DNA from: an uncultured Candidatus Saccharibacteria bacterium
GTDB lineage: Bacteria > Patescibacteriota > Dojkabacteria > SC72 > JAFGCJ01
Length of the DNA stretch: 64,000 bases
Direction: 5' to 3'
NCBI GenBank assembly: GCA_964508755.1
Contig: CAZDUZ010000001.1
Coordinates: 15,110-79,109 of the forward strand
Below the pieces are notes generated by a model that ran no database searches, was not told where the DNA came from, and worked only from the letters and a program-made list of their open reading frames with translations. Each line of letters opens with the position of its first letter. Position 1 is the first letter of the stretch. This document shows positions 55,356 to 64,000 of this stretch, in pieces. The translations under genes were made by a program, and so were the position numbers.

Positions 55356-56837
55356 ATGGAACAGAAATCAGAAAATTCTTCTCAACCCTCAGCTAATAAG
55401 CCTGTTTCACGAAAAGCTTTTTCAATACCACACTGGATTAAGCTTGCTGTAATTGCCCTTGCAATGGTTTTACCGGTTTTTGTGGTTTCGATGATTCTCT
55501 TAGTAAAAACCCAGGAACGGCAACAACTTATATATGATATGTCTTTAAAGACAGAGTATAACCTGGGGGGAGCGGTCAAACAGATGGCTCCGTCATTGAA
55601 TGCGATTAGTTCCGAAAGTGATTTTTACGACAGATATAATGAAGAGGTTGAATCAGAATATGGGTATTCGTTATCTCCATCGGTTCTTGCAGATTATGTT
55701 GAAAATACAAATCTTATCTCAACAAAAGGTTCAGTAATCATCCGGATTGATCAGGTTAAGCGAGGATTGCGGTATGAACCTGCGTATTCCACAGCGTTTG
55801 TGGCGACCTATGTTCTAAAAAATACTCTTGATACTGAAGCAGCAGTCGAATTTGAATTTCCGTTTCCTGCAGATATGCTAAATAAGGAAATAAATAATGC
55901 ATTGCTTCTTGTTGATGGGGTTGAACAGGAAAAGTCAGTAAAAGTAATAGAGAGCGTTACGCAAGAACAGATTGTACCTAGTACGGATCCTTCTTACGAT
56001 TACAACTGGTCAGTACCATATTATCCTGAAAATACAGCGAAAAGTGGGCTTTTCTGGGAGGGTACGATTCCAGCTCAGGGACAGCGGGAAATTGAAGTGA
56101 GGTATAACACCGTTGGTCTTGGCAACTTCAGTTATGCCGGCATGGAAAATCCTGAAGGCTCGCAAGATCTGTCATTCTCTGTAAAAATCATCGGTAGTAG
56201 AAAGTACGATAATCTCGGAAGCTTAACTATTGATTCAAGAGAGTATATCCAAGAGGGTGAACAAACCGGCGTAATTCTAAACTGGACTAAGCCGGACTTG
56301 TTTTCAGCTCCACACATTGAGGTATCTGTTGCACCCCGAGTAAATCCCTCTGAACATTTATCCGAAATATATGTAATTATGGTACCTCTCTATTTCGCGT
56401 TTGCGAGTGCAGTGATACTGATGGTTTCACTTCTTAAGAAGCAGTTTGGTGGAGTAGATATGGTTTTACTTGCTTCGCTGTTTACGATATTTTTCCCGTT
56501 GCTTCATTATCTGGTTAGCTTCAATATAGATCCAAGTGCAGATGTATTAGCCAACTATGAAGGAGTGGTCAATTTCTCTATGCCACTGTATGGTGCCTTT
56601 GCTATTGCGCTTGGTGTCATCGGGTCATTGATGGTTTATCTGTTGGGTCGTGTTAGTGGGTGGTCTTTTTCACTCGGGGTGGGTTTGCCATTGATTATTG
56701 TCTTTATGGCTTTCTTCCCGCTTGCCATGACACTGCCTGAATACAAATACCTCCTTGCGTTAATTGGGGTAGTTGCGATTCTTGGAGTTGTTGTCCAAAT
56801 GAGGGCAACGAGGAAAATTGTCCGTTCGATAGAGTAA
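55356..56837 (+). CDS. Hypothetical membrane protein (N-terminal TM, ~300-aa extracytoplasmic domain, C-terminal polytopic region; CreD-like topology)
   Basis: Hydropathy pattern only. Confidence 0.5.
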   Translation: MEQKSENSSQPSANKPVSRKAFSIPHWIKLAVIALAMVLPVFVVSMILLVKTQERQQLIYDMSLKTEYNLGGAVKQMAPSLNAISSESDFYDRYNEEVESEYGYSLSPSVLADYVENTNLISTKGSVIIRIDQVKRGLRYEPAYSTAFVATYVLKNTLDTEAAVEFEFPFPADMLNKEINNALLLVDGVEQEKSVKVIESVTQEQIVPSTDPSYDYNWSVPYYPENTAKSGLFWEGTIPAQGQREIEVRYNTVGLGNFSYAGMENPEGSQDLSFSVKIIGSRKYDNLGSLTIDSREYIQEGEQTGVILNWTKPDLFSAPHIEVSVAPRVNPSEHLSEIYVIMVPLYFAFASAVILMVSLLKKQFGGVDMVLLASLFTIFFPLLHYLVSFNIDPSADVLANYEGVVNFSMPLYGAFAIALGVIGSLMVYLLGRVSGWSFSLGVGLPLIIVFMAFFPLAMTLPEYKYLLALIGVVAILGVVVQMRATRKIVRSIE

Positions 56838-56946
56838 GCAGAGTCTTGTAAGACTGGAGGGAGTAAACTTCTGGAGCGTTTGAAACAAAGCAGGCTGAAT
56901 ATCAGCCTGCTTTTCTTTATGTTTTTTTCATGTTGGTAAATTAGTA

Positions 56947-57639
56947 TTGTTCACTATGAAGGAGTCGAGTAATGAAAGCGCGTTAGATAATAATTTACCC
57001 CGGGAAAAACTAAAGCGTTTGGGGATAGGAGGTTTGAGTGACACCGATCTTATCGCTGTATTGCTTGGATCGGGTATTGAGGGAAAGGGTATAAAAAAGC
57101 TATCTCGCTCTGTATCCTATTATATGCATTCACACCTTAAAGAAATGTCCTCCAAAAATCTAGAGGGTGGTGTTACCCATTCAATGACACTTATTCCCGA
57201 ATGGAGGAAACTCATCGCTATAAAGGGAGTGGGGGAAGTGAAAGCGATGCAGATCCAATGCGCACTCGAACTTGGTAGAAGATTCTTTGCGAAAACGAAC
57301 ACTGAAGCAAGAATAATTCGAAGTCGAAGTGATGTCTTATCACTTTGTTCGTATCTGAAAAAGATGCGTCAGGAACATGTTGTTGTTATTGCTTTGAACG
57401 CACGGAATGAAGTCATTGCTAAGAAAACTGTAGCGATAGGTTCTCTAAATAAGGCAGTTGTAGAGCCCCGAGATATTCTTGGATGGGCTCTTGTCCAGTA
57501 TGCCTCAGGTATAGTACTGGTACATAATCATCCTTCAGGAAGCACAGAGCCAAGTAGTGCGGATCTTACTTTTACCGACAAAATACGGAAAGCCTCGGAA
57601 CTCCTTGGGGTCAACTTCATTGATCACGTGATTGTTTAG
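56947..57639 (+). CDS. radC: RadC-like JAB-domain protein
   Basis: HhH N-terminus and JAMM motif LVHNHPSGSTEPSSAD. Confidence 0.8.
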   Translation: MFTMKESSNESALDNNLPREKLKRLGIGGLSDTDLIAVLLGSGIEGKGIKKLSRSVSYYMHSHLKEMSSKNLEGGVTHSMTLIPEWRKLIAIKGVGEVKAMQIQCALELGRRFFAKTNTEARIIRSRSDVLSLCSYLKKMRQEHVVVIALNARNEVIAKKTVAIGSLNKAVVEPRDILGWALVQYASGIVLVHNHPSGSTEPSSADLTFTDKIRKASELLGVNFIDHVIV

Positions 57640-58273
57640 CAGGGATAAAGGGGTATTTTTCTTTCAATTTCGAGATGTTGCCTTTTTCGATGAGATCCTT
57701 TTCTACATTATTTTTCTCTTTTTTTGCACCCATAATTTTCTTAGCTTTGTGCCATCTGCTTTTTTCAATATCTATCTCACGATCCAGTTCTTGGAATGTT
57801 AACTGACAGAAACGTTCTCCAGGATAGATTCGTACCGGTTGCTCATTCTTGTTTTCTATGGGAACGATTAAATTACCTTCATATCCTGCATCAACAATAC
57901 CTGTCAGGTCGATTGATAATCCCTTTCTGTTAAGAGAGGATCGAGGGTAGAGAATTGCCATTACATTGGTGGGCATGGTAATGCGTTCGAGAACGGTTGC
58001 TACAACAAGTTCGTTTGGAAGTAACTCGAAATATTGTCCTTCCTTCAGTTCGACCGGATAGGTGGACTGAGGGTCATCAAGGGTAGACATGTTGATTTTT
58101 ATAGCTTCTCGACCGTTTCTAGTCATTGTCCAGGCACGTGGTACCATAAATGTATATCCAAGTCGTAGATCTATTGAGTGAGGGCGAAGCTGAAACTGAT
58201 CAAGAACTGGATCAAAGGACAATTTTCCGTCTAAAAGATATTGTTCAAGTGAAGTTCGTGAAAGAATTCCCAT
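57617..58273 (-). CDS. dcd: dCTP deaminase (dUTPase superfamily) with ~30-aa C-terminal extension
   Basis: MGILSRTSLEQYLLDGKLSFDP ... SIDLRLG conserved N-terminus and beta-jellyroll motifs. Confidence 0.75.
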   Translation of the reverse strand: MGILSRTSLEQYLLDGKLSFDPVLDQFQLRPHSIDLRLGYTFMVPRAWTMTRNGREAIKINMSTLDDPQSTYPVELKEGQYFELLPNELVVATVLERITMPTNVMAILYPRSSLNRKGLSIDLTGIVDAGYEGNLIVPIENKNEQPVRIYPGERFCQLTFQELDREIDIEKSRWHKAKKIMGAKKEKNNVEKDLIEKGNISKLKEKYPFIPAKQSRDQ

Positions 58274-58279
58274 AGTGTA

Positions 58280-58804
58280 TTAGTAAGAAATTGAATAGTG
58301 GTAGTGAACAACCCCCGATGGGTCGTGGTTTACCTCCTTAAGATTCAGACGAAAATCGTTTGGAATATCATCGATAAAACGAATCCCCCTGCTAGAGAGA
58401 AGAGGAACAACGGTTACTAATAACTGGTTAATCATTCTTGAGGATAGAAATTGCGTAAATACTTCGCTTCCGCCTGCAATGAGACAAGAGCTGAAGCCTT
58501 TATGTTCAAGGCTTTCAATTACTTCTTGAGGGGAACCGCTGGTGAAATGGAGTTGTTTGGGCAGATCTGAAAGCTTCTTTCCGTTCGTTAGTACAACGGT
58601 AAGACGGTCGGGTAATGCAATTCCTCTTAGTTCCGTTTCAAAGGTCCTTCTTCCCACGACGACGACACCGCTACTTCGGGATAGAAGGTTAAACGTTGAT
58701 GTTTCAAATAATGAGGTCGGGAAAAGTCCATTATATTTTCTGAATCGGTCTCTTTGTACTAGGTGTCCGTTTGCGGTAACAACAGCTATTGCGGTGACAT
58801 TCAT
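58280..58804 (-). CDS. Dihydrofolate-reductase-fold protein (RibD C-terminal-like)
   Basis: IAVVTANGHL... GRRTFE ... LIAGGSEVF pattern of the DHFR/RibD-C fold. Confidence 0.55.
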   Translation of the reverse strand: MNVTAIAVVTANGHLVQRDRFRKYNGLFPTSLFETSTFNLLSRSSGVVVVGRRTFETELRGIALPDRLTVVLTNGKKLSDLPKQLHFTSGSPQEVIESLEHKGFSSCLIAGGSEVFTQFLSSRMINQLLVTVVPLLSSRGIRFIDDIPNDFRLNLKEVNHDPSGVVHYHYSISY

Positions 58805-59053
58805 AAACGTTTAATATTACTTATTAACCACGTTCTCACTCAGAAAACAAATGATACTTACTGAGCGGTTGCATCTTATCGTGAGAAGCCTTTCAGTGCA
58901 AGATGTACTGCTGAGTGTTCTTGCAACAGATGTACATAAATGGTAGTATCGCCACGATATTATTTTACTACTCACGCCCCGGCGGCCTTCTTGTTTTCGA
59001 CGGGATCGTATCCTTCGAAGATATTCGCGGGCGGGTGTGCAAAGGAGGATCTT

Positions 59054-60421
59054 ATGGCAACTGTATCTACTCGTTCTGAGGGTTCGGCTTCTAAGAAAGC
59101 TGTAACTACAACTGTTTCTACAAAGGCGCCTTCTGTGAAGGAACCGGTGTCTGCTGAGAAATCAGTCGCAAAAAAACAGGTATCTTCGGTAGAAGCTCCA
59201 TCGAAGAAGCAATCTGTCGTTCGTCCAGAGGTGTCGAAATCTGAAGAAAAAAAGGTTTCTGCATCACCAATGAGACAACAATCGAATAAACCGACATCCA
59301 GTCATGTATCAAAAGGTCATTCAACGAATGTACCACCAAAAGAAGAACCAATTTCAATTGATGTGAAGATGCCTTCACTTCAACAAATGCTGGAAGCTGG
59401 AGCGCATTTTGGTCACAAAGTAAGTCGATGGAATCCTGCAATGAAGCCTTACATTTTTGATGTACGTGCAGGGATGCATGTTATCGATCTTACCAAGACA
59501 CTTGGAATGCTTGAAGACGCAGTTAATGCATTAGCCCGGGTGGCGCGGAAGGGGAATATCCTTCTTGTGGGTACCAAGGGACAGGCTGCAACAATTATTA
59601 AGAATGCAGGTATTGACCATGGTGCATTTTTTATCAGCAGACGATGGCCCGGAGGGTTGCTTACAAACTTTAAGACTGTTCACCGTAGTGTTCGGCGTCT
59701 TATGGAGTTGGAAGAAAATCTTGCGTACGGACGTGGATATGAGACAAAGCGTGAGCGTCTCGTGCTTGAGCGTGAACGTGAACGATTATCAGTCTTGTAT
59801 GAGGGTATCCTTTTCATGGATTCACTTCCTTCAGCTATTGTAGTGGTAGACACAAAGGTTGAGAAAAATGCCATTAAAGAGGCTAAGAAGAAAGGGATTC
59901 CTGTGTTTGCTATTGTGGATACCAATTGTGATCCTCGTTTGGTCGAGTATCCAATTCCCGGTAATGAAGATGCAATCAAGTCAATTGATCTATTTATTGG
60001 AATTCTTGTCCAGGCTTTCACGAGCACAAATACCAGTGCCCGTCTGATTGGACAAAGAAATGACTTTCGTACTCGGGTAGAATTAATTAGTCGTGAACGT
60101 GAAACTGAAGAAGAGCGGAAGCGTAAAGAACGTGAAATTGAAGTAGCACGTCTTAAAGCTATGAAGGAAGGTAAAACCGTCGATATGCCAAATCAGGAAG
60201 AAGCACGTACGGGAGAAAGTAAAGTTGTTCGAGTTGTAAGACAGGAAGAGCAGACCGAACAACAAAGTCAGCGTACGACCGTTCGTGTTTCACAGGAAAG
60301 TCGTTCAACACCGACACGTTCTCAGAAGCCGGCAACGAAAGTTGCTTCTCCCAAGAAGGAAACGGTAAAAAAGAATGTGACTAAGAAAAAAACAATTAAG
60401 AAAACAGCCGTAAAGAAATAG
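59054..60421 (+). CDS. rpsB: 30S ribosomal protein S2 with ~107-aa N-terminal and ~110-aa C-terminal low-complexity extensions
   Basis: Strong SD AAGGAGGA 6 nt before ATG 59054. The S2 core runs MLEAGAHFGHKVSRWNPAMKPYIF ... to VDTNCDP. The N-extension is Ser/Lys/Val-rich and the C-extension Lys/Glu/Arg-rich. Confidence 0.85.
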   Translation: MATVSTRSEGSASKKAVTTTVSTKAPSVKEPVSAEKSVAKKQVSSVEAPSKKQSVVRPEVSKSEEKKVSASPMRQQSNKPTSSHVSKGHSTNVPPKEEPISIDVKMPSLQQMLEAGAHFGHKVSRWNPAMKPYIFDVRAGMHVIDLTKTLGMLEDAVNALARVARKGNILLVGTKGQAATIIKNAGIDHGAFFISRRWPGGLLTNFKTVHRSVRRLMELEENLAYGRGYETKRERLVLERERERLSVLYEGILFMDSLPSAIVVVDTKVEKNAIKEAKKKGIPVFAIVDTNCDPRLVEYPIPGNEDAIKSIDLFIGILVQAFTSTNTSARLIGQRNDFRTRVELISRERETEEERKRKEREIEVARLKAMKEGKTVDMPNQEEARTGESKVVRVVRQEEQTEQQSQRTTVRVSQESRSTPTRSQKPATKVASPKKETVKKNVTKKKTIKKTAVKK

Positions 60422-60490
60422 TTGAGATCTCGAACAACGGTGTTCATGGGTACTCAAGCAGCCAAATAAACTGTAAAAAAAACAACAAAA

Positions 60491-61084
60491 ATGATTAGTT
60501 TCGATGAAGTTAAAAAATTGCGAGCTCAAACGGGGGCGGGTATTAATCTGTGTAAAGAAGCTCTAGAATCTTCCGGTGGAGATATGGAAAAAGCTCTCGA
60601 TTATATCCGTAAAAAAGGATCTTTGAAGGCAGAAAAACGTGCTGACCGTGAAACTTCTCAGGGGGTGATTGGATACTATTTGCATGGTGTTGATCATAGA
60701 GTCGCAGCACTGGTTGAGCTTAACTGCGAAACTGATTTTGTAGCCCGAAATGAGTCATTTAGAGAATTGGCACATGAACTTGCCATGCAGGTTGCTGCAA
60801 TGAAACCTCAATACGTTGACCGTAACTCTGTTCCTGCAGAAGTTCTCGAAAAGGAAAAACAATTATTCCGCGAATCTGACGAACTGAAAGGAAAGCCTGA
60901 AGAAATGATGGATAAGATTCTTACCGGTAAGCTCGAAAAGTTCTACTCTGAAAGTTGTCTCATGGATCAGGCTTACTTTAAAGATGAATCAATGAAGATT
61001 TCTGACTTGGTGAACGGAGCAATCGCCACAATCGGTGAAAAAATTGTGGTTTCACGCATTTACAGGATGGAAGTTGGCGGTTAG
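60491..61084 (+). CDS. tsf: Elongation factor Ts (short form, 197 aa)
   Basis: UBA-like N-terminus VKKLRAQTGAGINLCKEALESSGGDMEKALDYIRKKG and a single core domain. Confidence 0.85.
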   Translation: MISFDEVKKLRAQTGAGINLCKEALESSGGDMEKALDYIRKKGSLKAEKRADRETSQGVIGYYLHGVDHRVAALVELNCETDFVARNESFRELAHELAMQVAAMKPQYVDRNSVPAEVLEKEKQLFRESDELKGKPEEMMDKILTGKLEKFYSESCLMDQAYFKDESMKISDLVNGAIATIGEKIVVSRIYRMEVGG

Positions 61085-61140
61085 AATAGAAGTAGAACTT
61101 TCGGACCCTTTGTCGGGTAATTAATTGATCTACTTCATTC

Positions 61141-61689
61141 ATGAACCTTTCTGATGGAATTTCTAGTATGCAGTCAGCTGTCACCGGTCTACGCGAAGCG
61201 TTAGGTAGAATTCGAGCGGGAAGGGCAAATCCTGAAATGATCGAAGGCGTTCATATCGACGTGTATGGTTCGAAAATGCCTATTGCTCATGTGGCAACAA
61301 TATCGACTCCAGATCCACGCACAATAGTCATTCAGCCATGGGATGAGTCAAATATAAAACCTCTAGAGAAGGCTATTCTTGCTTCTGATCTTGGTCTAAA
61401 TCCTGTTGTTGACGGCAAGATTATCCGTCTTTCGATACCTCTTCCTACTGAAGAACTTCGAACCGAGTATGTGAAAACGATGAAAGGTGAAGTTGAGGAA
61501 ACAAAAGTGGCCATACGGGGAATGCGTCATAAGATGATGGATGCATTGGAGGAAGAGGAAAAGGCTGGTGGCGTTTCTGCAGATGATATCAAACGTCAGA
61601 AAGACCAGGTAGAGAATGAAGTAAAAAAGATTATGGAAGAAATTGAAGAAATTGAAGAGGCTAAAGAGAAGGAGTTAATGACGGTGTAG
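61141..61689 (+). CDS. frr: Ribosome recycling factor
   Basis: LREALGRIRAGRANPEMIEGVHIDVYG... and DGKIIRLSIPLPTEELR conserved RRF blocks. Confidence 0.85.
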   Translation: MNLSDGISSMQSAVTGLREALGRIRAGRANPEMIEGVHIDVYGSKMPIAHVATISTPDPRTIVIQPWDESNIKPLEKAILASDLGLNPVVDGKIIRLSIPLPTEELRTEYVKTMKGEVEETKVAIRGMRHKMMDALEEEEKAGGVSADDIKRQKDQVENEVKKIMEEIEEIEEAKEKELMTV

Positions 61690-61773
61690 AATAGTAGTAT
61701 ACCTGTCTGTCTTTTCTTGGTTGTATTCAATAGAATGTTAATGACACTTTGACGTAACTTTAACGCGAAGAAC

Positions 61774-63021
61774 ATGCTTTCGATAATTACAACGATAATA
61801 CTGTTCCTTCTCATTATTTCGCTTATTGTCGTAGTACATGAATTTGGTCATTACATAGCGGCTCGGATTACCGGTATGGAGATTGAAGAGTTTGCTGTCG
61901 GTATGGGACCGGTTCTCTGGCAGCGTAAACACAGTAAATCAAAGGTTATTGCTCGATTCTTGGATTTTGTGGTGAGACTTTTATCGAGAGGGGCCTATGG
62001 GGGATCATCATCGAAAAATGGAAAGCCTCGAATAGATACTGCTTATATGATCAAACTGTTTCCTATTGGTGGATATGTAAGGATTTTAGGTGAGGAGGAG
62101 GAGAATTTATCTGAAGGAAGCTTCAGCGAGAAATCGGTGAGGGCACGTATACTGGTTGCAGTTGCCGGTGTTTTTATGAATATTCTCCTTGGCGCGTTTT
62201 TCTTTTACCTTGTCCTCTTTGCAAAAGGATTTGTTTATGACGGTTTACCATACTATGAAGGTTTCAAGCCTTTCTTTGGTGAACAGGAGATCAAATATGC
62301 GTATCCGGTGACGGTTATGAATGCTGTTGAAGACTCTCCTGCAAAAGATGCAGGTTTTGAAGGTGGGTGGGAGATCCTTACTGTAGACGGTGTAATGGTA
62401 GAAAATACGCAAGAATTACGAAATGAATTAGAAGGTAAAGAGAATCAGGAGATTACTATTGGAGTGAATACACCAGAGGAAGGTGAAATGGATGTTCTGG
62501 TAACTGTTTCTGATGAGGCGACGATTGGCGTTGAATTGGCGCAGGACTTGCAAGTGCTTTCGATTTCATATACGGGAGTTCAGAAAATCTTTGCTGGTTT
62601 CTTGCATGGGGCAAATATGTTAAAGGCAAATGTATATATTCTTGGACAGCTCATCGGGCAATCAGTAGAAGAAGGGTCTGTTGATCCGGTTGCTCAATCG
62701 GTCGCAGGACCGGTAGGTCTCGTGGCTATCATTGATATAGTGAAAAAATATGGTGGCATTGTAGGACTTCTGGATCTAATCGGTTTATTCAATGTCGCAC
62801 TGGTGATGATGAACATGCTGCCGTTTCCTGCTCTTGACGGAGGTCATGTAGCTTTTCTTGCTCTAGAAGGAATTCGTGGACGTCCGGTTAACAAAAAACT
62901 GCAACAGGCGCTCTTTACTGGAGGAATGATCATTCTTCTGCTCTTTATGGTGGTGGTTTCTGCCAAGGATGTGTTCCAGTTTGGAATATGGGATGGCATT
63001 AAAGGATTATTCGGAGGATAG
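61774..63021 (+). CDS. rseP: RseP-like M50 site-2 protease with PDZ domain
   Basis: HEFGHYIAAR (HExxH) in TM1, a central PDZ-like region, and C-terminal NMLPFPALDGGH (LDG). Confidence 0.8.
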   Translation: MLSIITTIILFLLIISLIVVVHEFGHYIAARITGMEIEEFAVGMGPVLWQRKHSKSKVIARFLDFVVRLLSRGAYGGSSSKNGKPRIDTAYMIKLFPIGGYVRILGEEEENLSEGSFSEKSVRARILVAVAGVFMNILLGAFFFYLVLFAKGFVYDGLPYYEGFKPFFGEQEIKYAYPVTVMNAVEDSPAKDAGFEGGWEILTVDGVMVENTQELRNELEGKENQEITIGVNTPEEGEMDVLVTVSDEATIGVELAQDLQVLSISYTGVQKIFAGFLHGANMLKANVYILGQLIGQSVEEGSVDPVAQSVAGPVGLVAIIDIVKKYGGIVGLLDLIGLFNVALVMMNMLPFPALDGGHVAFLALEGIRGRPVNKKLQQALFTGGMIILLLFMVVVSAKDVFQFGIWDGIKGLFGG

Positions 63022-63135
63022 TAGATATTTCGCATCTCCTACGCGAAAGGGGTACGAGTTCTCTTTGACAGCATGTTCCTACGTGGTGTAGGATGAAATT
63101 CAAACAGAAGTGTGTAATTTTGTAAACGCTGCTCA

Positions 63136-64000
63136 GTGGCTATCAAAATAAATAAAGCGGTTCTCGTTGTCGGTATTCTCCTCGTTTTTGTGGGTGTTTT
63201 AGGCGCTGCAGGCTTTGTAATTTGGCGTCTGAATCAGCCCGATGATGTTACTCCGGGAGAGTCGGAGGCGGGAGTTTGTATACCCCCTGCTGGAAAAATC
63301 GGGGATGATGGAGGTGGGGGATGTTGTGGATCCTATTCTGGAACTGATGGAGGTGTGGCTTGTACTGGTGATAGTGGGGGATGTCGTGATTGGGAAGTAT
63401 GCGATGTAAGCAACGGAGCGTGTGCGAGCGGTACTAGTTGTCGTGAAGCAAGTTGTCGGGCGGATGGTGGGGCTTGTACTGGTAATTCTCAATGTTGTAG
63501 TGGTAATTGTAGCGGAGGAACATGTCAGGGTGGGTCAGCTTGCAAGAGAGACGGGGATGCGTGTAGTAGTGCAGGAGAGTGTTGTAGTAACACCTGCACT
63601 GGAGGAATCTGTTCAGCTGCTCCAAGGACCTGTGATGCTGGTAACACCGGGTGGTGTGGGACTGATACAGGGGCTGATGGAAAGTGTAGCTGTTCTAACT
63701 TTAATGAACCAAAGTGTCATGTCCACGCTGGAAGTGGATGCGCATGGATTGATGGAGCCTGCACGTGCAATTCAGGAGAAGAAACAGGGGGATGCGTCAT
63801 TACGGGTTCGGCATCAAGTTTTACCTGTGATAAGGGTCCGTGCAAAGTTTCTGTAGCTGCTTGTTATACTGCTACTGCAAACCGAAGTGAATGTGAGTCA
63901 CGGGCGAATGAGGGTGTGGGATGTGCTACCTCAACTATTACTCTATCTGAAGGACAATCATATTCTCTAACTCCTCCAGGCAGTTGTGGTATTTATCAAC
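63136..64000 (+). CDS. Cys-rich secreted/anchored protein with tandem C-x6-CC-x3-C-x3-C (knottin-like) modules; 3'-partial, runs off the window
   Basis: Frame 1 is open from GTG 63136 to the window end and is not in the ORF track. N-terminal TM AVLVVGILLVFVGVLGAAGFVIW. Then units such as GGACTGNSQCCSGNCSGGTC and GDACSSAGECCSNTCTGGIC. Confidence 0.6.
   Translation, partial: MAIKINKAVLVVGILLVFVGVLGAAGFVIWRLNQPDDVTPGESEAGVCIPPAGKIGDDGGGGCCGSYSGTDGGVACTGDSGGCRDWEVCDVSNGACASGTSCREASCRADGGACTGNSQCCSGNCSGGTCQGGSACKRDGDACSSAGECCSNTCTGGICSAAPRTCDAGNTGWCGTDTGADGKCSCSNFNEPKCHVHAGSGCAWIDGACTCNSGEETGGCVITGSASSFTCDKGPCKVSVAACYTATANRSECESRANEGVGCATSTITLSEGQSYSLTPPGSCGIYQ

Noticed and set aside
63199-63856. 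Track ORFs 63199-63492 (minus), 63422-63856 (plus) and 63434-63625 (minus)
   Set aside because: These are wrong-frame products of the Cys-codon-rich (TGT/TGC) region. The biologically sensible frame is frame 1 from 63136, open to the window end.

Overview
This 64-kb window reads as a gene-dense fragment of a small-genome bacterium at about 40-45% GC. The gene content resembles Candidate Phyla Radiation / Patescibacteria lineages: short EF-Ts, no pyrH between tsf and frr, ribosomal proteins with extensions, lipid-scavenging rather than fatty-acid-synthesis genes, and type IV pilin / ComEA / ComEC / DprA DNA-uptake genes. This lineage assignment is inference from content, not a database hit.

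Housekeeping blocks are recognisable from motifs. Two near-identical genes split rpsB-tsf-frr-rseP and the ribosomal/transcription/secretion block. The first is rplL-rplJ-rplA-rplK-nusG-secE-tRNATrp-rpmG-tRNAThr-tRNATyr on the minus strand. The second is rpmB-mreB-mreC-mreD-mrdA-dprA-topA. Also present are leuS, an argS fused to an N-terminal B3/4 domain, cyclophilin, an L,D-transpeptidase, an SDR, RsmI, dCTP deaminase, RadC and two M50 proteases. I call 12 tRNAs. Five are tRNA-Arg, covering all six Arg codons and using GCG rather than ACG.

The accessory and unusual content is as follows. At 121-6444 sit two paralogous, very large, membrane-anchored Cys-rich surface proteins whose last ~230 bp are nucleotide-identical. 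A third Cys-knot-repeat secreted protein runs off the 3' end. A T-box riboswitch (specifier CGC) sits between a tRNA-Arg cluster and the B3/4-ArgRS fusion. leuS is preceded by a promoter, a leaderless Leu-rich leader peptide and a terminator, which looks like a classical attenuator. At 33.6-40.7 kb is an operon of four ATP-grasp amidoligases, one fused to a DUF785 retropepsin-like protease, plus a 7TM protein, with a divergent QEGLA/DUF1704 peptidase gene. A 1.3-kb ORF-free, strongly GT-skewed, G-quadruplex-bearing region lies between tRNA-Pro and a protease-less Lon-like AAA+ gene. AcpS is coupled to an acyl-ACP synthetase-ACP-acyltransferase tri-domain protein. ComEC is split across two frames. 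A perfect-SD 33-aa membrane peptide is missing from the ORF track.

No CRISPR array, rRNA or intact mobile element was seen.
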